From contig CADAMI010000012.1 in assembly GCA_902788975.1 (NCBI GenBank), forward strand, positions 5,148 to 69,147: a stretch of 64,000 bases of DNA, in the 5' to 3' direction. The stretch comes from an uncultured Erysipelotrichaceae bacterium. Lineage in GTDB: Bacteria > Bacillota_I > Bacilli_A > RF39 > UBA660. Positions 50,471 to 60,480 of this stretch are shown one piece after another. A program made the translations under genes and the position numbers. The number at the start of each line of letters is the position of its first letter. Positions within the stretch are counted from its first letter, which is position 1. The notes beneath the pieces are model-generated. The model ran no database searches and was not told the origin of the DNA. It saw nothing but the letters and a program-made list of their open reading frames with translations.

Positions 50471-51208
50471 ATGAAGAAAAAAGTAATGATAATAGCAGGG
50501 CCTTGTGCGGTTGAATCAAGGGAACAAATTATTAGAATTGCCAAAGAGTTAAAAGAACTTGGTGTTGATATGTTAAGAGGCGGAGTGTTTAAGCCTAGAA
50601 CTAATCCTGATAGTTTTCAAGGATTAGGTGATGAAGGAATTAAATATTTAATTGAGGCTAAAGAAATAACTGGTTTACCAATAATAACGGAACTTATGAG
50701 TATAGAGCAAGTTAAGATGTATGCGGATAAAATAGATATAATTCAAATTGGAGCACGAAATATGTACAATTATGAATTATTAAAGGAATTAAGTATATAT
50801 AATAAACCCGTATTACTTAAAAGAGGTATAAGTGCTACATATGATGAATGGATTAATGCTAGTAAATATATTACTAATGGTATTAATAAAAGAGTTATAT
50901 TATGTGAAAGAGGAATAAGGGGATTTGATAGTAATACGAGAAATGTGTTAGATATTCAGGCTATTCCATATATAAAGAAACATAGTAATCTACCAATATT
51001 TGTTGATCCTAGTCATGCAGCAGGAAATAATTATATGATACACGATACTTCGCTTGCAGCAGTTGCTGCTGGATGTGATGGCTTAATGATCGAAGTTCAT
51101 GATAGGCCTGATGAAGCGTTATCTGATAAAGAGCAAGCAATAACGCCTGGTGAATTAAAGAAAATAATTAATGATGTAAAAAAAATTAGCGAGATTGTTG
51201 ATAATTAA
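50471..51208 (+). CDS. 3-deoxy-7-phosphoheptulonate (DAHP) synthase, short class I-beta form
   Basis: GPCAVES and [18 protein letters not shown] match remembered Thermotoga/Pyrococcus DAHPS motifs (GPCSVES, RGGAFKPRTSPYSFQGLG). 245 aa, no regulatory domain. A KDO8P-synthase-like alternative is not excluded. Confidence 0.6.
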   Translation: MKKKVMIIAGPCAVESREQIIRIAKELKELGVDMLRGGVFKPRTNPDSFQGLGDEGIKYLIEAKEITGLPIITELMSIEQVKMYADKIDIIQIGARNMYNYELLKELSIYNKPVLLKRGISATYDEWINASKYITNGINKRVILCERGIRGFDSNTRNVLDIQAIPYIKKHSNLPIFVDPSHAAGNNYMIHDTSLAAVAAGCDGLMIEVHDRPDEALSDKEQAITPGELKKIINDVKKISEIVDN

Positions 51209-51307
51209 TTATAAAAGATAAGTTTGTAGAGAAAGAAAAAAATTAGTAATCTTTCTCTTTTAATTTCGTTACTTTTGGTTTATAATTATTTTAGGATGGT
51301 GATTTAG

Positions 51308-52392
51308 GTGCTAGATAAAAGAGAAATAACGATAAAATATAATAATTGTTTAAATGATATAAATGATATTTGGAGGTCACTCCCGGCTTAGATAGTAAGA
51401 TAATTAGAAGAGATGAACTGGATAAAATTATTAACTCAGTAGACTTTTGGAATAGTAGTAATAAAGATAGTGATTTAAAAGAATTTAATAATTTAAATAA
51501 TTTAGTTAATGATATTACTAATGTTAAGAATAAAATTGAATCTAATATTGAATTATTAAATGAAGAAATTGATGATGATATGTTACAAGTTATTGATAGT
51601 GAATATGAAGATATCAACAAAGATGTTCAACGACTTAGAATAGATACTTATTTATCAGGTGAATTTGATAAAAATGATTGTTTTTTAGAAATTCATTCAG
51701 GAGCTGGAGGAACTGAAGCATGTGACTGGGCTAATATGTTATATCGAATGTATACGAGATATTTAACTAAGAATGGTTATAAATATATTGAGATAGATTC
51801 ACAGCCTGGAGATGAAGTAGGTATTAAATCAGTAATGATAGAAATTAGCGGTAAAAATGCTTATGGATATTTAAAAGGAGAAATTGGAGTACATAGACTT
51901 GTTAGAATTAGTCCCTTTGATGCGAATAAAAGAAGACATACTTCGTTTGCTTCAGTTCTTGTTACACCAAAATTTGATAAAAATATTGATATTAATATAA
52001 ATGATAGTGATATACGTGTTGATATTTATAGAAGTAGTGGACCTGGTGGTCAGGGAGTTAATACGACTGATTCAGCGGTTAGAGTTACCCATATACCAAC
52101 AGGAATTGTTGTTACATGTCAAAATGAACGTAGTCAAATTAGGAATCGTGAGATTGCGATGGAAGTTCTTAAGAATAAACTTTATAGTTTAGAACTTGAA
52201 AAACAAAATAAAGAGATAAAGACTATTCAAGGCGATATGATGACAATTGGCTTTGGTAGTGGTAAACGTAGTTACGTAATGTGTCCTTATACATTGGTAA
52301 AAGATAATGATAGTGGATATGAAACTAGTAATGTAGAAGGTATTTTAGATGGGGAAATTGGGGAGATGTTAGAAAAGAATATAAGGAGGTAA
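51308..52392 (+). CDS. prfB: Peptide chain release factor 2, with a frame discontinuity near 51380-51390
   Basis: The body matches RF2 (GGQ motif SGPGGQGVNTTDSAVR, SPF tripeptide in RLVRISPFD). The N-terminal 25 codons start at GTG 51308 in a different frame (LDKREITIKYNNCLNDINDIWRSL aligns with B. subtilis [22 protein letters not shown]). That frame ends at a UAG. The junction requires a -1 (or +2) shift. Confidence 0.75.
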
Positions 52393-52394
52393 TT

Positions 52395-53300
52395 ATGCTT
52401 CTATTTAAGAAATTTAGGGAAAAAAGAATAGATGAAATAATTGAAAGAGTTAATAAGAAGAATATCTTTGGTAGATATATAATGCTGCTTAGTGGGTGTT
52501 TAATTGTAGCATTTGCTTTCAATTTGTTTTTTCTAAGATATAATATCGTTTGTTTTGGTGTTAGTGGGGTATCAATCGTTTTAGCTGAATTTGGTATACC
52601 ACCGTCTACATTTATTATGATTACCAATATTATTTTACTTATTATAAGTTATTTCTTTTTGGGAGTTAATGATACGAAAGGACAGATTGTAGGATCATTA
52701 ATATATCCAGTATTTGTTAGTTTAACGGCTTATGTTACCAATATGATTGATTTAGGAAATTTAGAGATGATAGTTATTGCCGTTTTGGGCGGTGTTCTAG
52801 CTGGTGTTGGATATGGATTAATTTATAAAAGTGGTTATGGTACTGGGGGCACTGATATTATCGGTAATATGGTTGTTAAATATTCCAAAATATCAATGGG
52901 TAATGCAATGATGTTTATTAATATTTCCATTATTGCATTAGGAAAACTTGTCTTTTCGTGGAAGACGGTTATGTATGCAGTAGTAGTAGCGTATTTAATA
53001 TCAATGTTTACGGATAAAATACTTTTAGGAATATCTAATAGTAAAGCATTTTATATAGTAGTCGACAAATCAAAAGATGATATTGTAAGAGATTTTTTAA
53101 CTTCACTAAATGGCGTTGGAAGTACAATAATTGATGCGCATGGTGGATACTCTAACGATAAACAAACTTTAATATTAGCAGTTGCTCCAACTAAAATGTA
53201 TTTTTTAATTAAAGAAGGATTAAAGGAGATTGATAAAAATATCTTTTATTTAGTGTGTGACTCTTATGAAGTTAGTAGTAGGGGAAATAAATATGAATAA
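52395..53300 (+). CDS. YitT-family membrane protein (DUF161 transmembrane region + C-terminal DUF2179)
   Basis: Five TM helices, then a soluble C-terminal domain (DAHGGYSNDKQTLILAVAP). The ATGA-type start sits 3 nt after the prfB stop. Confidence 0.55.
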   Translation: MLLFKKFREKRIDEIIERVNKKNIFGRYIMLLSGCLIVAFAFNLFFLRYNIVCFGVSGVSIVLAEFGIPPSTFIMITNIILLIISYFFLGVNDTKGQIVGSLIYPVFVSLTAYVTNMIDLGNLEMIVIAVLGGVLAGVGYGLIYKSGYGTGGTDIIGNMVVKYSKISMGNAMMFINISIIALGKLVFSWKTVMYAVVVAYLISMFTDKILLGISNSKAFYIVVDKSKDDIVRDFLTSLNGVGSTIIDAHGGYSNDKQTLILAVAPTKMYFLIKEGLKEIDKNIFYLVCDSYEVSSRGNKYE

Positions 53301-54180
53301 TTTTGATATTAATGATTTTATAAATGATTTACATAAGAAACATTTTTTAAAGAATTTATTGTTGTTTTTAGCTGGCGTATTTATTTCAGCCTTTGCTTTT
53401 AATTTATTTTATCAGAGATATAGCGTAGTTGCCGGCGGTTCTACAGGGTTATCAATTTTACTAAATAACTTTATTACTTTAGATATCTCAATAATTATAT
53501 TAATATTAAATTTAATATGTTTAATGATTGGTCTAATCTTTTTTGGTTGGGAATATGCAGTTAAAATGTTAGCAGTTACATTTATTTATCCGTTGTTTGT
53601 AAAAGGTTTATTATATTTAACAAATTTAATTAATTTAGAAGATACTTCAATGTTTTTAGTAATGGTAGTTGGTGGGGGACTTACCGGGTATGCGAATGGG
53701 TTAATTAGAAATAGTGGATATAGTCCAGGTGGATTTTATTCATTGTATGATTTGATGAGTAAGTATTTACATATAAGTATTGGAATGGCTAATACGATTA
53801 TTAATGTTATTTTAATTAGTTTAGGCGGTTTCTTCTTTGGTATGGATAAAGCAATATATGCGATAATTTCTTTGTTAGTGTCATCATATGTTGTCGATAG
53901 AGTAACAATAGGAATATCTGATAATAAAGTATTTTATATTATTACTAATAAACCACTTGAAGTGAAGGAATATGTTAACGATAAGTTAAATTATGATGTT
54001 ACGGTTGTTAATGCTAGAGGTGGATACACAAATAAAAGAAAGAAAATGCTTATGTGTGTGGTGCCAACAATTGAGTATGTTAAATTAAAAGAAATAGTTA
54101 ATGAAATAGATGATAAAGCATTTTTCTTAATTGTTGATGCATATGAGTCTAGTGTTAAGAAAAAATGTAAAAATATGTAA
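53293..54180 (+). CDS. Second YitT-family membrane protein (tandem paralog)
   Basis: Same architecture (NARGGYTNKRKKMLMCVVP). Start ATG 53293 (MNNFDIND). The ORF track opens at 53257, overlapping the upstream paralog. Confidence 0.55.
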   Translation: MNNFDINDFINDLHKKHFLKNLLLFLAGVFISAFAFNLFYQRYSVVAGGSTGLSILLNNFITLDISIIILILNLICLMIGLIFFGWEYAVKMLAVTFIYPLFVKGLLYLTNLINLEDTSMFLVMVVGGGLTGYANGLIRNSGYSPGGFYSLYDLMSKYLHISIGMANTIINVILISLGGFFFGMDKAIYAIISLLVSSYVVDRVTIGISDNKVFYIITNKPLEVKEYVNDKLNYDVTVVNARGGYTNKRKKMLMCVVPTIEYVKLKEIVNEIDDKAFFLIVDAYESSVKKKCKNM

Positions 54181-54250
54181 ATTTATATAAATGTATTTTA
54201 TGATAGGTAATAATTTGATATAATATTAGATAGTATTGGTAGGTGTAGTT

Positions 54251-54943
54251 ATGGATTTAATAAGAATTACAGATGTACAAAAGACTTATAAGACAGGGAC
54301 AGTCGCTTTATATGATGTTGATTTAACAATATCTAAAGGTGATTTTGTCTTTGTTATTGGGGCTTCTGGCTCTGGTAAATCAACATTAATTAAAATGCTT
54401 TATCGTGAGGAGAAACCTGACAAAGGTTCTATTATGATTGGTGGCATTAATGTTGCTAAACTTAAAGATAGAAAAGTATATATTCTTCGTAGAAAATTAG
54501 GAGTAGTATTTCAGGATTTTAAACTATTACCTAGACTAACGGTATATGAAAATGTAGCTTTTGCAATGGAAGTATTTAATTATGATAAGAAAAAGATACA
54601 TCACAGAGTAATGGAAGTACTAGAGTTAGTTGGATTAAAAAATAAAGTTAGAATGTATCCAGATCAATTGTCTGGTGGAGAGCAACAGAGAGTTGTTATA
54701 GCTAGAGCAATTGTCAATAATCCTAAATTATTAATATGTGACGAGCCTACCGGTAATTTGGATCCTGATACCAGTATGGGTATTATGAAAGTTCTTGATG
54801 ATATTAATAAGATGGGAACAACAATTATTATGTCTACCCATAATAGAGATATTGTTAATGCAATGAAAAAACGTGTGGTTGTTTTACATGAAGGTAAAAT
54901 TGTTCAAGATTATGAAAGAGGTAAGTATTATGAAGTTGTTTAG
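54251..54943 (+). CDS. ftsE: Cell division ATP-binding protein FtsE
   Basis: Walker A GASGSGKST, ABC signature LSGGEQQRV, Walker B LLICDEPT. ATG 54251 (MDLIRITDVQK) after aggtg. Confidence 0.85.
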   Translation: MDLIRITDVQKTYKTGTVALYDVDLTISKGDFVFVIGASGSGKSTLIKMLYREEKPDKGSIMIGGINVAKLKDRKVYILRRKLGVVFQDFKLLPRLTVYENVAFAMEVFNYDKKKIHHRVMEVLELVGLKNKVRMYPDQLSGGEQQRVVIARAIVNNPKLLICDEPTGNLDPDTSMGIMKVLDDINKMGTTIIMSTHNRDIVNAMKKRVVVLHEGKIVQDYERGKYYEVV

Positions 54944-55832
54944 AAGTATAGGTAGATATTTTCGTGATGCTGGTAAAAGTGTATTTAGAAATTTTTCATT
55001 ATCTTTGGCTTCAATTTCATGCATTACAATTACATTAATTGTAGTAGCTTTATCTATAATATTATCTTATAATGTAGAGAAAATGACAGAACATGTTAGT
55101 AGTAATACTTCAATTGTGGTCTTTTTAGCTGAAGAGGTTACTGATACACAAATTGATCAAGTTAAGAATAATATTGTTAAACTTGATAATATTGCTGAAG
55201 TAACATTTAAATCTAGGGATGAATGGGCAAAGGAAACTAAAGATAAGGATAAAACAATTTCAATTGTTATAGATAGTTGGCCTGAGGGCGAAAATCATCT
55301 ACTTGATAGTTATGAAGTTAAAGTAAAAGATATTAATTTAATAGATGATACAGCTTCAAAAATAGAAAAAATTACGAATGTGGCATATATAAATTATGGA
55401 AAAGAATATATTTCTTCGGTAATAACTATTTTTGATGTAATTGAGAAGGTATGTATTGGGGGAGTAGTGGCTTTAGTTTTAGTTACGGCTTTCTTAATTG
55501 CTAATACGATTAAGTTAGCAATATTTTCAAGAAAAACAGAAATTGAAATTATGCGTTTAGTTGGAGCTAGTAATATGGCAATTAAAATACCATTTATTAT
55601 CGAAGGCTCATTTATTGGCTTTTTTGGTTCAATAATACCAATTGTATTAACATCTTATGGTTATAATGCATTATATAAGTTTTTAGATGGTAGATTATTT
55701 TCATCTTCATTAGGTGAATTAGTTAAACCTTATCCATTTATTTTATATACTTCCGGTTTGCTTTTAGTAATTGGTTTACTTGTTGGTATGTTTGGAAGTT
55801 ATAATGCAGTTAGAAAGTATTTAAAGATATAG
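54930..55832 (+). CDS. ftsX: Cell division permease-like protein FtsX
   Basis: Four TM helices with a large extracytoplasmic loop. Immediately follows ftsE with a 14-nt overlap. Start ATG 54930 (MKLFRSIGRYF) after gaaagaggtaag. The ORF track opens at 54873. Confidence 0.75.
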   Translation: MKLFRSIGRYFRDAGKSVFRNFSLSLASISCITITLIVVALSIILSYNVEKMTEHVSSNTSIVVFLAEEVTDTQIDQVKNNIVKLDNIAEVTFKSRDEWAKETKDKDKTISIVIDSWPEGENHLLDSYEVKVKDINLIDDTASKIEKITNVAYINYGKEYISSVITIFDVIEKVCIGGVVALVLVTAFLIANTIKLAIFSRKTEIEIMRLVGASNMAIKIPFIIEGSFIGFFGSIIPIVLTSYGYNALYKFLDGRLFSSSLGELVKPYPFILYTSGLLLVIGLLVGMFGSYNAVRKYLKI

Positions 55833-55869
55833 TTTTTTAACTATGTCTTTTATATAATGAGGAGGCTTT

Positions 55870-56568
55870 ATGAATAAAACAATATTGATTAAATTATCAG
55901 GGGAATCTTTATCTGGGCAGTATGGACATGGCTTTGATTTTTCATATATGAGAGAAGTATGCTCTAGAATTAAAGAAATTCATGATTTAGGATGTAATAT
56001 TGCAATTGTTTGTGGCGGTGGCAATTTTATGCGTGGTAGAGATGCAACTGAGATGGATAGAGAAACAGCTGATTATGTAGGAATGTTAGCGACAGTTATG
56101 AATAGTTTAGCACTTAAGGATGTATTCACTAAGTTAGGATGTGTGGTATACAACCAAAGTGGCTTAGGAGTATCAATAATAGATGGAATAGATACTGATA
56201 GAATAAAAGCTGCATTTAAAGAAAATAAAATAGTAATATTTGGTGGCGGTACGGGTAAACCATTCTTTTCAACTGATACAGGAGCAGCACTTAGAGCTAA
56301 AGATTGCAATGCTGATATGATTATTAAACTTACTAATGTCGATGGAGTATATGATAAAGATCCGAATAAATTTAGTGATGCAGTAATGTATAATGATATT
56401 ACTTTTGATGAAGTATTGGAAAAAGAACTTGGAGTAATGGATTTATCGGCTATGGAAATATGTCGTGATAATAATATTCAGATATTAGTTACTAATATTG
56501 ATAATAAGAGTGCTTTAAAAGATATTATTAATGGAAAAAAAGTTGGAACAAGAGTCTACAAACAATAG
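55870..56568 (+). CDS. pyrH: UMP kinase
   Basis: ILIKLSGESL, GGGNFMRG and GGGTGKPFFSTDTGAALRA motifs. 232 aa. Confidence 0.9.
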   Translation: MNKTILIKLSGESLSGQYGHGFDFSYMREVCSRIKEIHDLGCNIAIVCGGGNFMRGRDATEMDRETADYVGMLATVMNSLALKDVFTKLGCVVYNQSGLGVSIIDGIDTDRIKAAFKENKIVIFGGGTGKPFFSTDTGAALRAKDCNADMIIKLTNVDGVYDKDPNKFSDAVMYNDITFDEVLEKELGVMDLSAMEICRDNNIQILVTNIDNKSALKDIINGKKVGTRVYKQ

Positions 56569-56659
56569 ATTCTTTTCTTTTGGTATAATTAAAAGTATTA
56601 TGAATATAATAATTATGTAGATATTTCCTATAAAAATTGAAAAAACTTTAAAAAAAGGG

Positions 56660-56689
56660 TTGATATTTTGTTTTTTTTATTATATAATG
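56660..56689 (+). promoter_or_regulatory. Sigma-A type promoter TTGATA-N17-TATAAT driving tRNA-Asn
   Basis: ttgata at 56660-56665 and tataat at 56683-56688, about 21 nt upstream of the tRNA 5' end. Confidence 0.5.
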
Positions 56690-56709
56690 AATTAGCAATC
56701 CGAAATAAT

Positions 56710-56785
56710 GCCTGATTAGCTCAGTCGGTAGAGCACTCGGCTGTTAACCGATAGGTCGTAGGTTCGAGTCCTACATCAGGCGCCA
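56710..56785 (+). tRNA. trnN: tRNA-Asn (anticodon GTT)
   Basis: GCCTGATTAGCTCAGTCGGTAGAGCACTCGGCTGTTAACCGATAGGTCGTAGGTTCGAGTCCTACATCAGGCGCCA. Cloverleaf with anticodon loop CTGTTAA. CCA encoded. Confidence 0.85.
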
Positions 56786-56796
56786 TTTATGATTGT

Positions 56797-56828
56797 TGCA
56801 AACTCTTAATTATAGGGTTTGTTTTTTT
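56797..56828 (+). terminator. Terminator-like hairpin after tRNA-Asn
   Basis: gcaaactc...gggtttg followed by ttttttt. Confidence 0.4.
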
Positions 56829-56915
56829 GTGTTAAATTTGCGACAACAATTATAATTATTATCAAATTTTGTGTTAAGATAGATATTAAACTTTAAAAAA
56901 ATGTAGGAGGTATCT

Positions 56916-57647
56916 ATGGCAATACAAGAAATATTTATTTGTATGGATGATTCTGGAAAATTGACTAATCATGAAAAATATGCGGCTTACGGTGGAATTG
57001 TCTTTTTTACTAAAAATGAAAAGGATAAATTTATAACTCAATACAGACAAATAATTAAAAAAATTAAATGTAGCGAATGTAATCATAATAATATTAATTG
57101 TGACAATGTTTGTCACGAAATAAAGAATGCTAGAATTAAAAATGCTGGTAATAAAAGATGGATAATGAATTATATAAAAAAATATGCAATGTTTTGTCTT
57201 GTTATTGATAATAGTAGAATTACGAAATATATAATGGAAAGTAAAAGTTCGAAAGGTAGATATTTAGATTATGCACAAAAAATGTTAGTTAAGAAAATAT
57301 TTCTTGATATGATTAATCAAGGAAAGATAAACCCTTATAAACCTGTTAAATTAACAATGTATATTGATGAACAAACTACTAAATCAAATGGATATTATAA
57401 TCTTAGAGAAAGTATTAGAGAAGAATTTTTACATGGAATTATTAATTTTGATTATGGGATTGTATATAGACCTATATTACATAGTAGTTTTAAAATCGAT
57501 ATTCATTATGTTGATTCAAAAAAAAATTATATTGTACAAGCGGCTGATTTCGTCGCAGGTGAGGCTCGGTCTTTGTGTTTAAATAATAATGAAAATATAA
57601 TACAGGATATTTTACATAACTATACATATATAAAATTTTTACCATAA
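56916..57647 (+). CDS. DUF3800-like protein (tentative)
   Basis: N-terminus MAIQEIFICMDDSGKLT resembles the remembered DUF3800 start (iyiDESG). Strong RBS taggaggt. 243 aa. Confidence 0.4.
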   Translation: MAIQEIFICMDDSGKLTNHEKYAAYGGIVFFTKNEKDKFITQYRQIIKKIKCSECNHNNINCDNVCHEIKNARIKNAGNKRWIMNYIKKYAMFCLVIDNSRITKYIMESKSSKGRYLDYAQKMLVKKIFLDMINQGKINPYKPVKLTMYIDEQTTKSNGYYNLRESIREEFLHGIINFDYGIVYRPILHSSFKIDIHYVDSKKNYIVQAADFVAGEARSLCLNNNENIIQDILHNYTYIKFLP

Positions 57648-57648
57648 G

Positions 57649-57672
57649 AAAAAGCCCATTTAATGGGCTTTC
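57649..57672 (+). terminator. Hairpin aaagccca-ttta-atgggcttt after the DUF3800-like gene
   Basis: Perfect 8-9 bp stem. Followed by ccc rather than a T-run, so weak as an intrinsic terminator. Confidence 0.35.
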
Positions 57673-57891
57673 CCAGCTAGATTGGCGCACTAAATATTAC
57701 GCTTAATTAAATAATCAGGTTCTAGCTATCGACCAGACAAGAGAAAATCTCTTCGGTAATACAATAATAGCATAATTAAAAATACTTGTCAATTATAATT
57801 ATTGTACTAATTGTATTATATTCATTTTTAAGGTTATTATTCTTGTTTTATTTTATTTTTAGTGATATTATTATAATAGGAGAAAGAGAAT

Positions 57892-59640
57892 ATGATAGGG
57901 AAGATAGTTAGTATTAAGAATGGTGTGGTGTATGTTAATTTAAGTGTTAATATATATCAAGTTGATAATTTAATTGGTAAAAATGTAACATTTGCCAATA
58001 GATATATTGGTGAAATAGGTAGTATGTCTAGCACTTTGATGGAAGTTAATTTAGTTGGAGAAATTATTAATAATGTATTTATTCCAGGTAATTTAACAAT
58101 GCCACCATTTGGTAGTGATTGTAGATTGACTACTAATGAAGAAATTAATTTAATATATGGAGTATCAGCTACAGCTGATTTAATAAAAGTTGGTCAATCT
58201 TATATTTATCGTGATTATCCAGTATATTTAAATATTAATTCTTTTTTCTCAGGTCATTTTGCTATATTTGGTAATAGTGGTTCTGGTAAAAGTTATTTTG
58301 TATCTAGATTATTACAAGGAATATTTTATGATGCGAGAAGATTACCACTTAATACCAATATTTTCTTATTTGATGCATATGGAGAATATCAACAAGCATT
58401 TAATAATATAAATCAAGTTAATAGTAATTTAAATTATCGAGTATTTACGACTAATTTAAAAGATAATCAATATGAAAAATTATTTATTCCATTTTGGTTT
58501 TTAACGGTTGATGATTTGTGTTTGTTATTAGATGTTGATGATTTAAGACAAATTCCAATTATTGAAAAGGCTTTAAAATTAGTTAGATTTTTCTGCAATA
58601 GTACTGGTGATACTAAAAATCAAAAGAATGATATTATTGCTAGAAGTGTTTTGGATGTTATATTTTCAGGAGTTAATCATAACGAAGTTAGAAATAAATT
58701 AATAACAATTCTTACTAAATTTAGTACAGATGAGATTAATTTGGATGTTAATTTAACTAAGGGTGGTTGGACAAGGAGTATAAGACAATGCATTTCTATT
58801 GATGAGACTGGTAAGTTTGCTGATATTGAAATAGTTATCAATTATTTAGAACAATTTTGTATAAATGATTTTGAATTAACATTACCTGATGGAAGTTTTA
58901 TGTATACGATAAAAGATTTTTATAATTCACTTGAATTTGCTTTAATTAGTGAAGGAGTATTTAGTAGTAATAAAGTATTTGATTATGCGAATGTTTTAAA
59001 AGTTAGATTAAATTCACTAATAAACAGTGATTATGTAAATTATTTCAATTGCGATAGATTTATTACTAAAGATGAATTTCTTAGATATTTATTGTATGTG
59101 AATGGAAATATGAAGTGTCAAGTTGTTAATTTTAATATTAATTATGTCGATGATAGATTTGCGAAGAGTATAGTTAAGATATATTCAAAAATATTATTTG
59201 ATTATGTTACATTGTTACCAGATAGGGCATCAATGCCATTCCATATTGTGCTCGAAGAAGCACATAGATATGTTCAAAATGATCTTGATACGAAAATACT
59301 TGGATATAATATTTTTGATCGTATTGCTAAAGAAGGTAGAAAATATGGTATTTTACTTGGAGTAATAAGTCAAAGACCTTCTGAAGTTAGTGAAACAATG
59401 GTCAGTCAATGTTCTAACTTTGCTATATTTAAAATGTTTAATCATACGGATATTAGATTTGTTGAAGAAACGGTGCCTGGAATCAGTGAAATGACAATGA
59501 GTAAAATTAAGATTTTAACACCTGGTAATTGTATGCTATTTGGGACTGCATTCAGAATGCCAATCTTAACTTCAGTTGATAAACCTAACCCAACACCACA
59601 TAGTGATTCTTGTGATATTAGTAGAACATGGTATGTATAG
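57892..59640 (+). CDS. HerA/FtsK-superfamily ATPase (DUF87-like) with HerA-type N-terminal barrel domain
   Basis: N-terminus MIGKIVSIKNGVVYVNL (HerA-barrel-like). Walker A FAIFGNSGSGKSYF. Walker B HIVLEEAHRYV. C-terminal GVISQRPSEVSETMVSQCSNFAIFK. RBS aggagaaagag. Confidence 0.6.
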   Translation: MIGKIVSIKNGVVYVNLSVNIYQVDNLIGKNVTFANRYIGEIGSMSSTLMEVNLVGEIINNVFIPGNLTMPPFGSDCRLTTNEEINLIYGVSATADLIKVGQSYIYRDYPVYLNINSFFSGHFAIFGNSGSGKSYFVSRLLQGIFYDARRLPLNTNIFLFDAYGEYQQAFNNINQVNSNLNYRVFTTNLKDNQYEKLFIPFWFLTVDDLCLLLDVDDLRQIPIIEKALKLVRFFCNSTGDTKNQKNDIIARSVLDVIFSGVNHNEVRNKLITILTKFSTDEINLDVNLTKGGWTRSIRQCISIDETGKFADIEIVINYLEQFCINDFELTLPDGSFMYTIKDFYNSLEFALISEGVFSSNKVFDYANVLKVRLNSLINSDYVNYFNCDRFITKDEFLRYLLYVNGNMKCQVVNFNINYVDDRFAKSIVKIYSKILFDYVTLLPDRASMPFHIVLEEAHRYVQNDLDTKILGYNIFDRIAKEGRKYGILLGVISQRPSEVSETMVSQCSNFAIFKMFNHTDIRFVEETVPGISEMTMSKIKILTPGNCMLFGTAFRMPILTSVDKPNPTPHSDSCDISRTWYV

Positions 59641-59709
59641 ATAATTCTTAAAATAAGAATTATCTTTTATTTTATGGGATTTTCTGTTATAATTTATGTG
59701 GGTGATATT

Positions 59710-60480
59710 ATGTTATCAATTAAAAATTTAAGTGTTAAAGTTGAAGAGAAAAATGTTCTTAATAATTTTAACTTAGATATAGAAGATGGAAGTATTCATG
59801 TTATTATGGGCCCTAATGGTGTTGGTAAATCGACTTTATCAAGAGTTATTATGGGAGATAATAATTATAAGGTAACTAATGGAGAAATATTATTTAATGG
59901 TGAAGATATTAAGAATATGTCAGTTGATGCGAGAAGTAGATTGGGAATATTCTTAGCAATGCAATATCCACTTGAAATAGATGGTGTAAGTAATCAGGAT
60001 TTTCTGCGAACGGCTATTTCTAGTCATGAAGGTAAAAGAGTAGGTTTATATGATTTTATTAAAAGATGTGAAGCTGCTAGTGAAGACTTAAAAATGGATA
60101 AGAATTTGATACATAGATCTTTAAATGTCGGATTCTCTGGTGGGGAAAAGAAAAAAAATGAAGTATTACAACTTAAACTATTAAAACCATCATTTATAAT
60201 ATTAGATGAACTAGATTCAGGATTAGATGTTGATAGTTTAAAGATAGTAGCTACGAATATTGCTAAATATAAAAAAGATAATCCCAATACATCAATACTT
60301 ATTATTACACATTTATCGAAGATACTTGATTATATTAAACCTGATTATGTTCATGTAGTTGCTAATGGTAAGATTATTGCGACAGGTGACTATAGTTTGT
60401 CACAAGAAATTGAAAAAAATGGTTATAGTGAATACTTAGCTAAGTCAAATATTATACTTGAGGATAAAAATAATGAATAA
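59710..60480 (+). CDS. sufC: Fe-S cluster assembly ATPase SufC
   Basis: Walker A GPNGVGKSTL, signature FSGGEKKKNE, Walker B ILDELDSGLD. ATG 59710 (MLSIKNLSVKV). The ORF track opens at 59674. Confidence 0.85.
   Translation: MLSIKNLSVKVEEKNVLNNFNLDIEDGSIHVIMGPNGVGKSTLSRVIMGDNNYKVTNGEILFNGEDIKNMSVDARSRLGIFLAMQYPLEIDGVSNQDFLRTAISSHEGKRVGLYDFIKRCEAASEDLKMDKNLIHRSLNVGFSGGEKKKNEVLQLKLLKPSFIILDELDSGLDVDSLKIVATNIAKYKKDNPNTSILIITHLSKILDYIKPDYVHVVANGKIIATGDYSLSQEIEKNGYSEYLAKSNIILEDKNNE

Noticed and set aside
51363-51395. Canonical RF2 +1 programmed frameshift (CUU UGA C)
   Set aside because: The +1 frame relative to the RF2 body holds only an 11-codon ORF (MIFGGHSRLR) unrelated to RF2. The true N-terminal frame requires a -1 shift and ends in UAG. 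See the prfB finding.
51291-51620. 109-aa minus-strand ORF overlapping the prfB 5' region
   Set aside because: Antisense to the conserved RF2 N-terminus. The low-complexity S/L-rich translation is typical of AT-rich antisense frames.
57673-57760. Short inverted repeats (cagctagattgg / ccagctatcgac-like) after the DUF3800 gene, a possible small RNA
   Set aside because: The repeats are imperfect and short, and no promoter or terminator frames them. Insufficient evidence.
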